Shown here piece by piece: positions 9,110 to 18,490 of a stretch of 32,000 bases of DNA (positions within the stretch are counted from its first letter, which is position 1; each line of letters starts with the position of its first letter). This stretch comes from an uncultured Nitrosopumilaceae archaeon (GTDB lineage Archaea; Thermoproteota; Nitrososphaeria; Nitrososphaerales; Nitrosopumilaceae): positions 43,529-75,528 of the forward strand of contig CAYYXT010000005.1 of the NCBI GenBank assembly GCA_964475825.1, in the 5' to 3' direction. Position numbers and translations under genes: made by a program. The notes under the pieces are model-generated. The model was not told the DNA's origin, did not search any database, and saw only the letters and a program-made list of their open reading frames with translations.

Positions 9110-9875
9110 ATTAAACTTTCTTGGATTTTTTGTTTGTATTATTATAAGAAAACATTTTGTTCTATTGAAATGCTAGTTAAAGTATCATCTTCAACATTGA
9201 ACACGTACTGTTTACTCCATATTCGTCTTAACGAAAGAAAGAAGTTAATTTTCTAGTTTCTCTGAATTTTACAATTAGATTCGCCCGACAAGCAATATAA
9301 GTTATCAAAACAAACTTTGTGGAAGGTAAAACAAAAAAGTAAGATTGAATAATTAAAGGGTTCGTACCTTCATACATACATCAAAAACAGATACCGATAC
9401 ACACGTATTAGATAGTCTATAGAATGTTCTACAATTTAATAATCATTAGTTTCAATCTCTGTACATTATGAATATTGTTTATTTTTAATTTAAGTTATTT
9501 CTCATTATCGAATTTACTGTTGATTACACGTAAATTCTATTCATGATCAGCCGATAAATTTACAGCATCTAAAAAATAGTCAAATTTCGCTTAAATTATA
9601 GTCTTTTTCTAGGAATTTTTTGTCAGTAAGATGCAGATTCAAAGATGTTTTCTACTCTTCCCAAGACTCTAACAATAGCAGCAATTCTTGTAACACTGAG
9701 CAATCTCAGGTTCTTTAGTAATTTGTTTTTTGAAAGATCGATGATAAATCATCGATTAAACGGATTTTGTAATTCTTTAATTTGAGCAAGAATTTGCGCA
9801 CAAATCTTTCACCATCTTTAAATTTTTGTCAACATAAGTAACGCTTTAATTAAACTTTCAAAGCATTGAAATCAA

Positions 9876-10613
9876 ATGCTTCCCGCACAACAAGGTTATG
9901 ACAGAGCAATCACAGTATTTTCACCAGATGGTAGACTATACCAAGTAGAGTATGCCATTGAAACTGTAAGAAGAGGAACCATTGCAGTCGGAATCAAATC
10001 CAAAGAAGGGATTATAATTGCAGTAGAAGAAAAACCAAGAAAATTACAAATAACAGATATCGCTCAAAAATTATTTCAAATCGATGATCATGTAGGAGTA
10101 GCTGCTGCAGGATATATCCCAGATGCTAGAAGCCAAGTAGATAATGCAAGGTTCTTTTCCCAAAGTAACAAGATGATTTATGATGAAGCAGTAGAAGTTG
10201 AAACGATTGCAAAACATTTGGCTGATCAATGTCAGCAGTTTACACAGTATGCAGGAGTAAGACCTTTTGGAGTTGCATTAATTTTGGGCGGAGTAGTTAA
10301 TAATAATGCTCAGCTTTACCTAACAGACCCAAGTGGAACTTACATTTCATATGATGCAATTGCAATTGGTTCAGGTTCAGAACAAGTAACTGATTTTCTA
10401 GAGAAAACATACAAAAAGGAATTATCCCTAGAGGATGCATCAATATTAGCATCTGCAGCAATTTATCTATCAAGTGAAGATAAAGAAGGAACAAGTCATA
10501 TCAGAATGGCACAAATCAAATCAAAAACAGGTTTATTTGAATTAGTATCAGATGACCAAATAGCAAAATATGCAAAAACCGCTAAAGAAAAATATCCTCA
10601 CGAAAAGAAATAA
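9876..10613 (+). CDS. psmA: Proteasome subunit alpha
   Basis: Canonical N-terminus YDRAITVFSPDGRLYQVEYA and the 20S alpha fold pattern throughout. Confidence 0.95.
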   Translation: MLPAQQGYDRAITVFSPDGRLYQVEYAIETVRRGTIAVGIKSKEGIIIAVEEKPRKLQITDIAQKLFQIDDHVGVAAAGYIPDARSQVDNARFFSQSNKMIYDEAVEVETIAKHLADQCQQFTQYAGVRPFGVALILGGVVNNNAQLYLTDPSGTYISYDAIAIGSGSEQVTDFLEKTYKKELSLEDASILASAAIYLSSEDKEGTSHIRMAQIKSKTGLFELVSDDQIAKYAKTAKEKYPHEKK

Positions 10614-10645
10614 CATATTACAACTACATGTGTGATTAAATTACT

Positions 10646-11458
10646 TTGAAAATATCTATTGCAATTCCAGAATCAGCATTATCTGATGAATCCTTAAAAC
10701 TTGACAAGACTAGAAAAATATCCGTACTCGCTAGAGCTTGTGCAATTTTTAAAATAGATACCATTTATGTTTATCAAGAAGGAAACTACAAAGAAGACGG
10801 AAATTTAATTGTAACTATTTTGAAATATTTAGAAACACCTCAATTTTTACGAAGAAGACTTTTTCCAAAAATGAACGAGTTAAAGTTTGCAGGAGTTTTA
10901 TTACCATTAAAAACTCCTAGTCACTCAACGCCGGCAAATCCTAAAAAAATAAACGCCGGAGATGTAAGAGAGGGAGTAGTAGTAAGTATCAAAGGTAAAC
11001 GATTCGTCGATGTTGGAATTAATGAATTGATACCATTTTTTGGAAAAGAAAATGTAGGTAAAAGAGTAACTGTTCAGTTCAAAACAGGATATCCTGATTT
11101 TTCAGTTAAAGAAATTCAAAGAAGTGAGACTCCAGTATATTGGGGATTTGCAGTAAAAGAGAGAGCGAGTCTATTTTCATTATTAACTGAATGGCAAGGA
11201 AATACAATCATCACATCAAAGAAAGGAAAGACAGCCACAAAAGAACAATTGACAAAATATCTAAGTTCAGAACTTCCAATTTTAGTAGTTTTTGGTTCAC
11301 CCGAAAAAGGAGTCCACGAGATACTTGGTGGTAAAATGAAAAATGTTCAAAATGCTAAAACATTAAACTTCTTTCCAAATCAAGCAACTGAAACAGTGCG
11401 TTTGGAAGAAGCGCTTCTAGGAACATTATCAATAATTAATGCATATAGAATAGGTTAA
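10646..11458 (+). CDS. SPOUT-class putative RNA methyltransferase (DUF171/COG2106, C9orf114-like)
   Basis: N-terminal block ISIAIPESALSD, KTRKISVLARACAIFKIDTIYVY and C-terminal block VVFGSPEKG, NQATETVRLEEALLGTLS, both typical of this family. TTG start. Confidence 0.65.
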   Translation: MKISIAIPESALSDESLKLDKTRKISVLARACAIFKIDTIYVYQEGNYKEDGNLIVTILKYLETPQFLRRRLFPKMNELKFAGVLLPLKTPSHSTPANPKKINAGDVREGVVVSIKGKRFVDVGINELIPFFGKENVGKRVTVQFKTGYPDFSVKEIQRSETPVYWGFAVKERASLFSLLTEWQGNTIITSKKGKTATKEQLTKYLSSELPILVVFGSPEKGVHEILGGKMKNVQNAKTLNFFPNQATETVRLEEALLGTLSIINAYRIG

Positions 11459-11467
11459 AACAAAAAC

Positions 11468-11578
11468 ATGGCTGAAAAAAAAAATTTCTTAATTTTAGCA
11501 ATTGGGTTAGGTATCATAGGAATAATCATTGGTGGAATAACTATTTGGAATTTTGCAAATAATTTGACAGGACCCTGA
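11468..11578 (+). CDS. Hypothetical 36-aa single-TM micro-protein
   Basis: Hand-read ORF MAEKKNFLILAIGLGIIGIIIGGITIWNFANNLTGP starting 10 nt after the preceding stop. Confidence 0.3.
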   Translation: MAEKKNFLILAIGLGIIGIIIGGITIWNFANNLTGP

Positions 11579-11595
11579 TCATAATTGAAATAGTT

Positions 11596-11625
11596 CGTTA
11601 ACCCAATGATTTTAGCGGGTTAACG
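11596..11625 (+). promoter_or_regulatory. 9-bp perfect stem-loop ~50 nt upstream of rpl3, the first gene of the ribosomal operon
   Basis: CGTTAACCC (11596-11604), a 12-nt loop, then GGGTTAACG (11617-11625). It is relatively GC-rich for this DNA. Confidence 0.3.
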
Positions 11626-11673
11626 ATATCTCACATGGTTTATTAGACGGTTGAAGACGATTTCGATTTATCC

Positions 11674-12666
11674 ATGGGACATAGAAAATACGCTCAACCA
11701 CGTCGAGGAAGTATGGCATATTATCCAAGGGTACGTGCCAAAAGTATGGAAGCAAGAATTAGATCATGGCCAAAAAATAATTCAAATGAGCCAAAAATTT
11801 TAGCACATTGTGGTTTCAAGGCAGGATGTGTCCAAATAGTGACTATAGATGATCGTGACAAGACTCCAAACGCAGGAAAGCAACTTGTAAGTCTTGGAAC
11901 AGTTTTAGTTACGCCGCCGGTTTCAATATTAGGAATTAGAGGTTATTCAAAAGATCATTATGGATTTCATGCAGAATTTGATGTATATGCAGATGAATTT
12001 CCAAAAAGTATCTCAAAAGAAATTAATTTAAAAAATAAAGAGGGTGCAGTTGAAAATGCAGAAAAAATGCTTGGTAGAGTCAAAGAAATTTTTGCAATAG
12101 TTGCAGTATCACCACGCGCTGCAGGATTAGAACAAAAAAAACCATACATCTTTGAAGCATTAGTTAGTGGTGGAGACATTAAAAAACAATTTGCACATGT
12201 CAAGGAATTATTAGGAAAAGAAATTAAAATTGATCAAATTTTTGAAACAGGTGCAACTATAGATGTTGCAGCAATTACAAAAGGCAAAGGTTGGCAAGGA
12301 GTCATACAAAGATTTGGAGTCAAGAAAAAACAGCACAAATCAAGAAAAACAGTGAGAGAAGTTGCTTCGCTAGGTCCAATTTCACCATCAAACGTCATGT
12401 ATACAGTTCCGAGAGCAGGGCAGATGGGATTCCATCAAAGAACAGAATATGATAAAAGAATTATGATGATTGGCAATACAGAAAATAATCAAATAAAGAT
12501 AAACCCAGATGGCGGATACAAACATTTTGGTTTAGTAAAAGGAGATTTCATTATTCTAAAAGGTTCAGTTCCAGGAACATATAGAAGATTAATCAAACTA
12601 AGAAGCCAAATTAGAAATGCACCAGTAAAAATTACCAAGCCAAATATTTTAGAGGTAGTAGTATAA
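11674..12666 (+). CDS. rpl3: 50S ribosomal protein L3 (uL3)
   Basis: N-terminus MGHRKYAQPRRGS, plus KGKGWQGV and operon position. Confidence 0.95.
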   Translation: MGHRKYAQPRRGSMAYYPRVRAKSMEARIRSWPKNNSNEPKILAHCGFKAGCVQIVTIDDRDKTPNAGKQLVSLGTVLVTPPVSILGIRGYSKDHYGFHAEFDVYADEFPKSISKEINLKNKEGAVENAEKMLGRVKEIFAIVAVSPRAAGLEQKKPYIFEALVSGGDIKKQFAHVKELLGKEIKIDQIFETGATIDVAAITKGKGWQGVIQRFGVKKKQHKSRKTVREVASLGPISPSNVMYTVPRAGQMGFHQRTEYDKRIMMIGNTENNQIKINPDGGYKHFGLVKGDFIILKGSVPGTYRRLIKLRSQIRNAPVKITKPNILEVVV

Positions 12667-13478
12667 TGAAAACAACAGTATTTACAATAACAGGAACTAA
12701 AGACGGTGAAGTGGAATTGCCACTAATATTTTCAACTCCGTTTAGAGCAGAACTGATTCATAAAGCATTCACAAATCTAACTTCTCACAAATTCCAACGA
12801 CAGGGAAGACATCCAACTGCAGGCATGGATGTTGTAGCAAGATCAAACGATCCACCAACAGGACAGCATACAGCACGTATTGCAAAAATGAAAGGGGGCG
12901 GTGGCGGAAGACAGGGTCAAGCTGGTGGTGTTGCGTCAGTAAGGGGTGGAAGACAAGCTCATCCTCCAATTGTAGATAAGGTAATTTTCAAGAAATTAAA
13001 TAAAAAAGAAAACAAATTGGCATTGTGTTCTGCGATAGCTGCAACAGCATCAAAAGATTTGATACGATCAAGAGGTCACAAAGTAGAAGGTATTGAGTCA
13101 TTTCCAATCATAATATCAAACGATATAGAATCTATTTCAAAAGCAAGCCAAATTTCTAAAGTATTAGAAGATCTAAAACTGATGAAAGATGTCGAAAGAT
13201 TACAAGCAAGAAAACCACGTACTGGAAAGGCTTCACTTAGAGGAAGAAGTAAAAAAGTTGGAAAGAGTGTATTGTTTGTCACAAAAGATGCGTCAAAAAT
13301 AAGCAAAGCATGTGGTGCACTACCAGGAGTAGAAGTAAGAGCAGTTAAAGACTTGAGCGTGTTAGACCTAGCACCAGGTTCTGATCCTATTAGATTAACA
13401 GTGTATTCAAAAGCAGCAATAGAAGAAATTGCAAAAATAAAATCAACACATCTAGAATTAATGGTGAAAACGCGATGA
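12666..13478 (+). CDS. rpl4: 50S ribosomal protein L4 (uL4)
   Basis: Archaeal L4 pattern (GRQAHPP, ARKPRTGKA). Start overlaps the L3 stop. Confidence 0.95.
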   Translation: MKTTVFTITGTKDGEVELPLIFSTPFRAELIHKAFTNLTSHKFQRQGRHPTAGMDVVARSNDPPTGQHTARIAKMKGGGGGRQGQAGGVASVRGGRQAHPPIVDKVIFKKLNKKENKLALCSAIAATASKDLIRSRGHKVEGIESFPIIISNDIESISKASQISKVLEDLKLMKDVERLQARKPRTGKASLRGRSKKVGKSVLFVTKDASKISKACGALPGVEVRAVKDLSVLDLAPGSDPIRLTVYSKAAIEEIAKIKSTHLELMVKTR

Positions 13479-13741
13479 ATGTAGATCAAGCAAGTAAAAT
13501 CATTTTGAAACCATATATCACTGAAAAAACATTTGCCATGATTGAAAATGAAAGTAAAATTTGTTTCATTGTGGAAAGATCAGCAAGTAAACCACAGATA
13601 ATAGAAGCTGTAGTTACACTATACAATCAAAAAGTCACCAATGTAAACACAGCAAGAACAATTTATGGTAAGAAAGCATTTGTCCAATTTGAAACTACAG
13701 AAAAAGCCAGAGATTTGGCCACAAAGATAGGAATGCTATAA
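13475..13741 (+). CDS. rpl23: 50S ribosomal protein L23 (uL23)
   Basis: ILKPYITEK and KKAFVQF motifs. ATGA overlap with L4. Confidence 0.95.
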   Translation: MNVDQASKIILKPYITEKTFAMIENESKICFIVERSASKPQIIEAVVTLYNQKVTNVNTARTIYGKKAFVQFETTEKARDLATKIGML

Positions 13742-13785
13742 TATGGACAATGAAACTTCATCAATACTAACAGAGGAGAAATAAG

Positions 13786-14181
13786 ATGGTCAAAGAATTT
13801 CTATATCGTGGATTGCCAAAAGAAGAGCTAGACAACATGTCATTAGAGAAATTATTTCAAATATTCAATTCAAGACAAAGACGATCACTTACCAGAGGAA
13901 TTACAGATGATAAGAGAAAGTTGATCGAAGAAATAAAATCTGCAAAAGCAGGAAAACTAAAGAATCCCATCAAAACTCATTCTAGAGATTTAATTATTCT
14001 ACCATACATGGTAGGTGTTGCAGTAAATGTTTTCTCAGGAAAGGAATTCACTCCGGTTCTAATAAAGACTGAAATGATTGGCCATTATCTAGGCGAATAT
14101 GTAATTACAAACAAAAGAGTCTCACATGGTGCACCCGGTGTTGGAGCATCAAGATCCAGTCTCTACGTACCACTAAAGTGA
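13786..14181 (+). CDS. rps19: 30S ribosomal protein S19 (uS19)
   Basis: FLYRG, NSRQRRSL and GHYLGEY motifs. It follows L23 directly, with no L2 gene between them. Confidence 0.95.
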   Translation: MVKEFLYRGLPKEELDNMSLEKLFQIFNSRQRRSLTRGITDDKRKLIEEIKSAKAGKLKNPIKTHSRDLIILPYMVGVAVNVFSGKEFTPVLIKTEMIGHYLGEYVITNKRVSHGAPGVGASRSSLYVPLK

Positions 14182-14186
14182 TTGTT

Positions 14187-14645
14187 ATGGGCAGATTCAA
14201 ATACGCATTTCAAAATTTTGATGCAACAAAGCATGTTCGTTCTTCACTAAGAGAAAAAGATATCTCACACAAACATGCTCGTGAAGTAGCTGTTGCAATA
14301 AAAGGACTTTCGATTGAAAGAGCACGAGATTACTTGCAAGCAGTAGTCAACAAAGAAAGAGCAATTGCATTTAGAAGATTCAATAATCAAGTTGGACACA
14401 GATCAGATCCTGGAATGATGTCAGGACGTTATCCACAAAAAACAGCTAAAGAATTCATCAAGGTACTAGACAACTTGGAATCAAATGCAGAATACAAAGG
14501 AATGGATTTAGATAGATTAAGAATTGTAAATGCTACAGTGCACAAAGGAGTTATTGTAAAAAGATTCATTCCAAGAGCAATGGGAAGAGCTACTCCAAAA
14601 AATAATGTATTGACACATGTAGAATTGGTGGCGCAGGAGATATAA
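14187..14645 (+). CDS. rpl22: 50S ribosomal protein L22 (uL22)
   Basis: Archaeal L22 pattern ([25 protein letters not shown]). The ORF opens at a GTG at 14178. The ATG at 14187 is preferred. Confidence 0.95.
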   Translation: MGRFKYAFQNFDATKHVRSSLREKDISHKHAREVAVAIKGLSIERARDYLQAVVNKERAIAFRRFNNQVGHRSDPGMMSGRYPQKTAKEFIKVLDNLESNAEYKGMDLDRLRIVNATVHKGVIVKRFIPRAMGRATPKNNVLTHVELVAQEI

Positions 14646-14646
14646 C

Positions 14647-15402
14647 ATGTCAGCAGTAAAAAACGTAATCAAAGATAATTACAACATGATGCTTCTCAAA
14701 GATTATCTAAGAATTGCAATTAAAGATGCAGGATTTTCACATGCAGAGATTTCAAAAACGCCTATGGGAACAAGAGTTGCACTTCATGTAACACGACCAG
14801 GCATAGTCATTGGAAGAAAAGGTTCTGGAATTAGAGAATTAACAGATAAACTTGCAACAGATTTCAAATTAAAGAATCCACAGATATCAGTAGTAGAAAT
14901 TGATAAACCAGAACTTTCACCAAGTGTAATGTGTAATAGAATGGCATCTCACTTAGAACGCGGTACAGCATTTAGAAGAGCGACTATGTGGACATTAAAA
15001 CAAATCATGGAAAGCGGTGCAATGGGTGTTCAAATAACAATTTCAGGAAAATTACGAGGAGATCGTTCTGCATTTGAAAAACACGCTGCAGGAATTCTAC
15101 CAAGAGCAGGACATCATGCAGAAGTAATTGTGGATGAAGATATTGTACATGTAAAAACTGCAATGGGACTAATTGGAATCAGAATAAGAATTGCAAGAAA
15201 TGAAAAATTTGTTCCAGAATTTGAATTTAGAACTCAAAAACCAAAGAAAACAAAGCAAGTCAAAGATACAGACACTGGAAAGATGAGAGAGGAAACAGAA
15301 GTAGAACGTAAAGCAAGAACAGAGTCTGAACAAATTGCAATAGAAGAAGAAAAAATGAAAGGACTTGAAACACTAGAAGAAGAGGAGGCCAAATTATTGT
15401 AA
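14647..15402 (+). CDS. rps3: 30S ribosomal protein S3 (uS3) with an acidic/charged C-terminal tail
   Basis: KH-domain block ([15 protein letters not shown]) and operon position. Confidence 0.95.
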   Translation: MSAVKNVIKDNYNMMLLKDYLRIAIKDAGFSHAEISKTPMGTRVALHVTRPGIVIGRKGSGIRELTDKLATDFKLKNPQISVVEIDKPELSPSVMCNRMASHLERGTAFRRATMWTLKQIMESGAMGVQITISGKLRGDRSAFEKHAAGILPRAGHHAEVIVDEDIVHVKTAMGLIGIRIRIARNEKFVPEFEFRTQKPKKTKQVKDTDTGKMREETEVERKARTESEQIAIEEEKMKGLETLEEEEAKLL

Positions 15403-15605
15403 TGACCAGATTAAGTATGAAAACAATAAGAGAGTTAAATGAAAAAGATCTTAAAAGTAAAATTCAAGAAACACGAAGCGAACTTGCAAAATTAAGAGTA
15501 GATGGTTCAAAAGGCACATTAAGAAAAGAAAGTGGAAAGTTAAAACCTCTCAGACATGATATTGCAAGAATGATGACCAGATTAAACGAGACGGAAACAA
15601 AATGA
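15402..15605 (+). CDS. rpl29: 50S ribosomal protein L29 (uL29)
   Basis: ELR, L, ELAKLR pattern, size and position. Confidence 0.9.
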   Translation: MTRLSMKTIRELNEKDLKSKIQETRSELAKLRVDGSKGTLRKESGKLKPLRHDIARMMTRLNETETK

Positions 15606-15868
15606 TTACAGCAGAGAACATCACATCACATGAATTAATTGGATTACGCACGGAGATTGTGGATTCATCGAATTCACAAATCATAGGATTAAATGGAACG
15701 ATAACAGACGAAACAAAATCAATGATCATCATCAACACCGCAAATGGAACTAAAATGATTGCAAAATCAAATAATAGTTGGAAATTCTCAGTGGATAACA
15801 AAGATATTATTTTAAACGGTTCAAAAATTGCAAAAAGACCATTTGATAGAATAGGAGGAAAGGCATGA
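15602..15868 (+). CDS. rnp1: RNase P protein component 1 (Rpp29/Pop4 homologue)
   Basis: HELIGL, VVDS-like, GL, G, I, DETK pattern. It occupies the canonical archaeal position between L29 and S17. Confidence 0.85.
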   Translation: MITAENITSHELIGLRTEIVDSSNSQIIGLNGTITDETKSMIIINTANGTKMIAKSNNSWKFSVDNKDIILNGSKIAKRPFDRIGGKA

Positions 15869-16188
15869 CACTAAACATTGGATTGAAAGTAAAAGCACCA
15901 AGTAGAGAATGCACAGATGTGCACTGTCCATTTCACGGTAAATTATCAATAAGAGGAAAATTGTTTGACGGTAAAGTTACAAGCAACAAAGCAAAACAAA
16001 CAATTACACTACAAAAAGAAGCTCCAATCTACTATATGAAATTCAAAAGATATGCAAGAAGTAAAAATTCAATTCATGCTCACGTACCTGAATGTATGGA
16101 TGTTGAAACGGGTAATCATGTATTGACTGCAGAATGCAGACCAATATCAAAATCAGTGTCATATGTTGTTGTGGAGGTTAAAGCCTAA
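15865..16188 (+). CDS. rps17: 30S ribosomal protein S17 (uS17)
   Basis: CTDVHCPFHG followed by the S17 OB-fold pattern. Confidence 0.95.
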   Translation: MTLNIGLKVKAPSRECTDVHCPFHGKLSIRGKLFDGKVTSNKAKQTITLQKEAPIYYMKFKRYARSKNSIHAHVPECMDVETGNHVLTAECRPISKSVSYVVVEVKA

Positions 16189-16610
16189 TGGCAAAACAAG
16201 CAGGAAAAGGAGTGGCAGAATTCCGTCCTTATGTCACAAGAGCAATTCCGATTGGCGCACGAGTAGTGTGCGCAGATAACACAGGTGCAAAGATTTTAGA
16301 AATAGTAATGGTACAAAGACACAAAACTAGACATGCACAATTAGCAGCTGCGGCAGTTGGAGATTTTTGTAATGTTGTTGTGAAAAAAGGTCCAGCTGAA
16401 TTAAGAAAACAGGTGTATGGTGCAGTAATAATTAGACAAAAATATGCAGTTCGCAGATTAAACGGTGTAAGAGTGTGCTTTGAAGACAATGCAGCAGTTT
16501 TGATAACTCCAGAAGGAGAAGTCAAAGGAACCGACATCAAAGGACCAGTTGCAGCAGAAGCTTCAGAAAAATGGCCAAGAGTAGCTAACTTGGCATCAAT
16601 GGTGGTATAA
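16188..16610 (+). CDS. rpl14: 50S ribosomal protein L14 (uL14)
   Basis: VCADNTGAK and FEDNAAV motifs. Confidence 0.95.
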   Translation: MAKQAGKGVAEFRPYVTRAIPIGARVVCADNTGAKILEIVMVQRHKTRHAQLAAAAVGDFCNVVVKKGPAELRKQVYGAVIIRQKYAVRRLNGVRVCFEDNAAVLITPEGEVKGTDIKGPVAAEASEKWPRVANLASMVV

Positions 16611-16611
16611 A

Positions 16612-17064
16612 ATGAAACCAACAAAAATGCGCAATAAATTGATTTACCGTGCAACATTCCATACAAGAAGTAAACAATTAAGCAGTCAATTGTCAGAAGA
16701 TCTTCGTAAAAAATATGGTAAAAAAAGTGTGAGGGTTATCGAAGGAGATAGCATAAAAATTGTAAGAGGTGAATTCAAAGGAGTAGACGGTAAAATATCA
16801 AAAGTATCAACAAAGAAAAGTAGTGTTGCAGTGGAAGGGGTAAAAAAAGAAAAGACAAAAGGTGATAAATTTGATGTGTATATTCATACCTCAAATCTTC
16901 TAGTTACAAGCTTAAACACAGAGGATAAATGGAGAATTGCAAAACTAGAAGGAAAAAAACCGAGTGAAAAACCAAAAACAATCATAGAAAAAACAACAAA
17001 GAAAAAAAACACAACTAAAGAAACAAAAGTAACAAAGACTCAAAAAAAGGAAGTTGAAAAATAA
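16612..17064 (+). CDS. rpl24: 50S ribosomal protein L24 (uL24) with a ~35-aa Lys/Thr/Glu-rich C-terminal extension
   Basis: KOW motif region ([15 protein letters not shown]) and operon position. Confidence 0.9.
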   Translation: MKPTKMRNKLIYRATFHTRSKQLSSQLSEDLRKKYGKKSVRVIEGDSIKIVRGEFKGVDGKISKVSTKKSSVAVEGVKKEKTKGDKFDVYIHTSNLLVTSLNTEDKWRIAKLEGKKPSEKPKTIIEKTTKKKNTTKETKVTKTQKKEVEK

Positions 17065-17780
17065 TGGTAAGCATATCTGGAAGTAAAAAACTCAAAAGAC
17101 AAATGGCCCCACAGTTTTGGGGGATTGGAAGAAAAGATAAAAGATTTGTAATTACAGTTAGACCAGGTCCACACAAAAAAGAGTATTCTGTGCCAACTGC
17201 AATATTTCTCAGAGATGTACTAAAAATTGTAACTACTTTAAGAGAAGCAAAAGCCACAATCTATACAGGTAAAGTCAAAATTGATGGAGTTGTTAGAAAA
17301 TCACTTCACCATGCAATTGGATTGATGGATGTTGTTGAATTAGAAAATGTTCCAGAAATATATCGTCTAGTCCCAATGGAAGGAAAATTACTAAAACCAT
17401 TACAAATTAAAGAGTCAGAGAAAGCAAAAAAAATAGTCAGAGTTACAAGTAAAACAACTATTAGCAAAGGCAAAATGCAAATAGGATTTCACGATGGCCG
17501 TTCAACAATTTCAGATACCAAAGTAAACGTTGGAGATACATGTTTAATACAAATTCCAGATCAAAAAATTCTCGAAGTCATAAAATTAGAAAAGGATTCA
17601 CAAGTTTTGGTAACTCGTGGGATTAACGCAGGGCAAGTCGGTAAAATTGAATCAATAGAAGAAGGAACTTTTATTCTACCTAGACGTGCAGTGTTAATTT
17701 TAGGAGAGAGAAAAATTGAAATTCCGACAGATATCATAATGGTAATAGGAAAAAAGGAGCCTGTAATTCAAATAAAGTGA
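17064..17780 (+). CDS. rps4e: 30S ribosomal protein S4e (eS4)
   Basis: GSKKLKR, AP, FWGI, K and S4-domain/KOW pattern. It is an archaea/eukaryote-specific protein. Confidence 0.95.
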   Translation: MVSISGSKKLKRQMAPQFWGIGRKDKRFVITVRPGPHKKEYSVPTAIFLRDVLKIVTTLREAKATIYTGKVKIDGVVRKSLHHAIGLMDVVELENVPEIYRLVPMEGKLLKPLQIKESEKAKKIVRVTSKTTISKGKMQIGFHDGRSTISDTKVNVGDTCLIQIPDQKILEVIKLEKDSQVLVTRGINAGQVGKIESIEEGTFILPRRAVLILGERKIEIPTDIIMVIGKKEPVIQIK

Positions 17781-17784
17781 TCAT

Positions 17785-18306
17785 ATGTCCCAATTATTAC
17801 AATCCCCAATGAAAAAAATATCTTTAGAGAAAGTTGTCCTAAATATGGGACTTGGAAAATCTGGAGATATTATACTAGTAGCAAAAAAAGCACTAGATCA
17901 TATTTCAGGTAAAAAATCATCTGCACGTAATGCAAAAGAAACACAAAGAGAGTGGGGAGTAAGACAAGGAGAGCCAATAGGGGTTGCAGTTACAGTAAGA
18001 GGAAAAGATGCACATGAGTTACTCACGCGATTACTTGAATCAAAGGGAAAACAGATCAACGGAAAATCTTTTGACAATTTTGGAAATTTTTCATTTGGAA
18101 TTAAAGAACATATAGATATCCCAGGTGTAAAATACGACCCACATGTTGGAATCTTAGGTCTTGGAATTTCAGTAACACTAACTAGACCAGGATTCGGGAT
18201 TAGAAAAAGAAGTAAACACAAAGCAAGTGTTGGAAAATCACATACAATAAAAAGTCAAGAAGCAAAGGATTATCTAGTTAAGGAGTTTGGAGTGACGATA
18301 GTATAA
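17785..18306 (+). CDS. rpl5: 50S ribosomal protein L5 (uL5)
   Basis: Typical uL5 blocks (VVLNMGLG, FGIKEHIDIPG). Confidence 0.95.
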   Translation: MSQLLQSPMKKISLEKVVLNMGLGKSGDIILVAKKALDHISGKKSSARNAKETQREWGVRQGEPIGVAVTVRGKDAHELLTRLLESKGKQINGKSFDNFGNFSFGIKEHIDIPGVKYDPHVGILGLGISVTLTRPGFGIRKRSKHKASVGKSHTIKSQEAKDYLVKEFGVTIV

Positions 18307-18485
18307 TGCCAAAAGATAGATCATACGAAGCTACAGGAAGAAAGAAACATGATTTTGGCAGAGGTTCCAAATGGTGTAAACGATGTGGCGACTATACAGC
18401 TGTAATTCAAAAATATGATCTAATGCTTTGTAGACGATGTTTCAGAGAAGTAGCAACATCTTTAGGGTTTAGGAAAAATATGTGA
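18306..18485 (+). CDS. rps14: 30S ribosomal protein S14 type Z (uS14), 59 aa, zinc-binding
   Basis: Hand-translated; it is below the ORF-track cutoff. Sequence MPKDRSYEATGRKKHDFGRGSKWCKRCGDYTAVIQKYDLMLCRRCFREVATSLGFRKNM carries CxxC and CxxC. The ATG overlaps the L5 stop. Confidence 0.9.
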   Translation: MPKDRSYEATGRKKHDFGRGSKWCKRCGDYTAVIQKYDLMLCRRCFREVATSLGFRKNM

Positions 18486-18490
18486 TAATC

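Noticed and set aside
9056-9256. 66-aa plus-strand ORF
   Set aside because: It overlaps the 5' end of the DUF371 gene on the opposite strand and runs into non-coding DNA, with an implausible composition.
13076-13489. 137-aa ORF antisense to rpl4
   Set aside because: It is a shadow ORF within a highly conserved ribosomal gene and has no recognisable features.
13743-13784. 13-codon mini-ORF in the L23-S19 spacer as a remnant of rpl2
   Set aside because: MDNETSSILTEEK has no resemblance to either terminus of uL2. The spacer more plausibly just carries the S19 ribosome-binding site.
16229-16666. 145-aa ORF antisense to rpl14
   Set aside because: It is a shadow ORF favoured by the locally higher GC of rpl14. 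Its Ala/Thr-rich composition mirrors the sense codons.
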